Of a DNA stretch of 64,000 nt, positions 62,469-64,000 are shown piece after piece; the stretch's first letter is position 1, and each line of letters begins with the position of its first letter. The notes beneath the pieces are model-generated. The model searched no databases. It saw nothing but the letters and a program-made list of their open reading frames with translations, and was not told the origin of the DNA. The stretch lies in the NCBI GenBank assembly GCA_963823035.1, contig CAWGKG010000014.1:576001-640000 (forward strand), read 5' to 3'. The stretch is from an uncultured Gemmatimonadales bacterium (lineage in GTDB: Bacteria; Gemmatimonadota; Gemmatimonadetes; Longimicrobiales; Gaopeijiaceae). A program made the translations under genes and the position numbers.

Positions 62469-64000
62469 ATGAAGAAGCTCACCGCCGCGGCCCTGACCGC
62501 ACTCCTCACGCTCACCCCCCTCGCGCTCGAGGCGCAGGGTCCCCCGCGCCAGCAGGGGGCCGGCCAGACCCCGGCGTCCGAGTCCGAGAACGACACCGTC
62601 CCCGAATTCTGGCGTAGCCACCACACCGTCCGCGTGGGGGGGCAGGCCATCGAGTACGACGCGGTCGTGGGCAGCATCATCCTGCGTGACGACCAGCAGA
62701 AGCCGACTGGGAAGATGTACTACACGGCCTACACGCGAAGTGGCGTCCAGGACATGGCGCACCGGCCGATCACCTTCTCCTACAACGGCGGCCCGGGCTC
62801 GTCGTCCTTCTGGCTGCACATGGGCGTGATGGGGCCGCGGCGCGTCTCCGTCCCGGGTGTCGAGCACGCGAGCCCGGCGCCCTACACGGTGGTGGACAAC
62901 GAGGCCACGCTCCTCGACAAGACCGACATCGTGATGATCGATCCGATCGGTACGGGCTTCAGCCATCCGCTCGGCGACACGCCCGGCCGCGACTTCTGGG
63001 GCGTCGACGAGGACGCGCGCTCGATCTCGCAGTTCATCCAGCGCTTCCTCAGTCAGCACAACCGCTGGAACTCGCCCAAGTTCATCCTCGGCGAGAGCTA
63101 CGGCACCACCCGCTCGGCGGTGCTGTCCAGCACCCTGCAGAACGCGAACATCGACCTGAACGGCGTCATCCTGGTGTCGGCCGTGCTGGATTTCCGCACG
63201 ATCAGCTTCGGCCCGGGCGACGACCTCCCCTTCATCACCAACCTGCCGTCCTACGCGGCGGTGGCGTGGTATCACGACGCGCTTCCGGGAACCAAGCCCG
63301 CCGCGCTCGAGCCCTTCCTGAAGGAAGTGGAGGCCTTCGCGGTCGGCGACTACGCCTCCGCGCTCCTGGCCGGCAGCGCGCTCGCCGAATCCACGCGCAA
63401 CGGCGTCCTCGACCGCCTGCACCAGTACACGGGCCTGAGCCGCGACTTTCTCGACCACGCCGATCTGCGCGTGTCGGCGCCCGAGTTCGAGAAGGAGCTG
63501 AAGCGCAGCGAGGGCCAGGTCCTCGGACGACTCGACGCTCGCTTCGAGGGCCCGTCCGGCGACCTGCTCGCGCAGTACCCTTCGCAGGATCCGCAGTCGA
63601 GCGCGATCAGCTCGGCGTACGCCGCCGCCTGGAACACCTACCTGCGCACCGAGCTGGGCTACGACGGCACGCGCGAGTACGTGCCGAGCGGCAACGTGCA
63701 GCCGTGGAACTGGACCCGGCGGGGCGGTGGCGGCTTCGGCTTCGGGGGAAGCTCGCCCAACGTCGCGGTGGACCTGGCGAGCGCGCTGGAGAACAACCCC
63801 AGGCTCGAGGTGCTGCTGGTGACGGGCCTCTACGACCTCGCCACGCCGTACTTCGCCGCCGCCTGGACCATGGACCACCTGGGCGTGCCCGCCGACCTGC
63901 GCGACAACATCTCGCGCGTCGATTTCGAGGCGGGGCACATGATGTACGTCCGCGAGGACGTGCTGCCGAAGTGGAGGGAGGAGATCGGCGGGTTCATCGA
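62469..64000 (+). CDS. Secreted S10 serine carboxypeptidase (runs off the window)
   Basis: Signal peptide; NGGPGSSS, IDPIGTGFS, GESYG, YDLATP, AGHMMY. Confidence 0.93.
   Translation, partial: MKKLTAAALTALLTLTPLALEAQGPPRQQGAGQTPASESENDTVPEFWRSHHTVRVGGQAIEYDAVVGSIILRDDQQKPTGKMYYTAYTRSGVQDMAHRPITFSYNGGPGSSSFWLHMGVMGPRRVSVPGVEHASPAPYTVVDNEATLLDKTDIVMIDPIGTGFSHPLGDTPGRDFWGVDEDARSISQFIQRFLSQHNRWNSPKFILGESYGTTRSAVLSSTLQNANIDLNGVILVSAVLDFRTISFGPGDDLPFITNLPSYAAVAWYHDALPGTKPAALEPFLKEVEAFAVGDYASALLAGSALAESTRNGVLDRLHQYTGLSRDFLDHADLRVSAPEFEKELKRSEGQVLGRLDARFEGPSGDLLAQYPSQDPQSSAISSAYAAAWNTYLRTELGYDGTREYVPSGNVQPWNWTRRGGGGFGFGGSSPNVAVDLASALENNPRLEVLLVTGLYDLATPYFAAAWTMDHLGVPADLRDNISRVDFEAGHMMYVREDVLPKWREEIGGFI

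Noticed and set aside
1..64000. CRISPR arrays, tRNA/rRNA genes, transposases, integrases, prophage or defence genes
   Set aside because: No spaced repeats, RNA gene signatures or mobile-element proteins recognised by eye; intergenic gaps are short

Overview
High-GC bacterial chromosomal window with about 57 coding regions. Gene content suggests a Gemmatimonadota/Acidobacteriota-like organism (inference). Housekeeping genes (mutS, holA, apgM, argJ, cysteine synthase family) are mixed with many peptide and amino-acid catabolic enzymes (four tandem M16 peptidases, M14, S10, AstE/AspA, glycosylasparaginase-like, Leu and Lys/saccharopine dehydrogenases) and four ECF sigma/anti-sigma pairs. About 15 genes carry single-base frameshifts, most likely long-read assembly indels. 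I saw no rRNA, tRNA, CRISPR array or mobile element. The best candidate for an undescribed system is a dispersed ABC-exporter regulon. Four MacB/FtsX-type duplicated 'orphan' (ADOP) permease units and one lone ABC ATPase each carry the same ECF-type promoter, G(C/A)AAC-N17/18-CGT. The two PadR-linked permeases have an extra N-terminal prefix domain plus an internal SD+ATG at the point where the two PadR-less permeases begin. All calls are by eye from motifs; no database searches were run.
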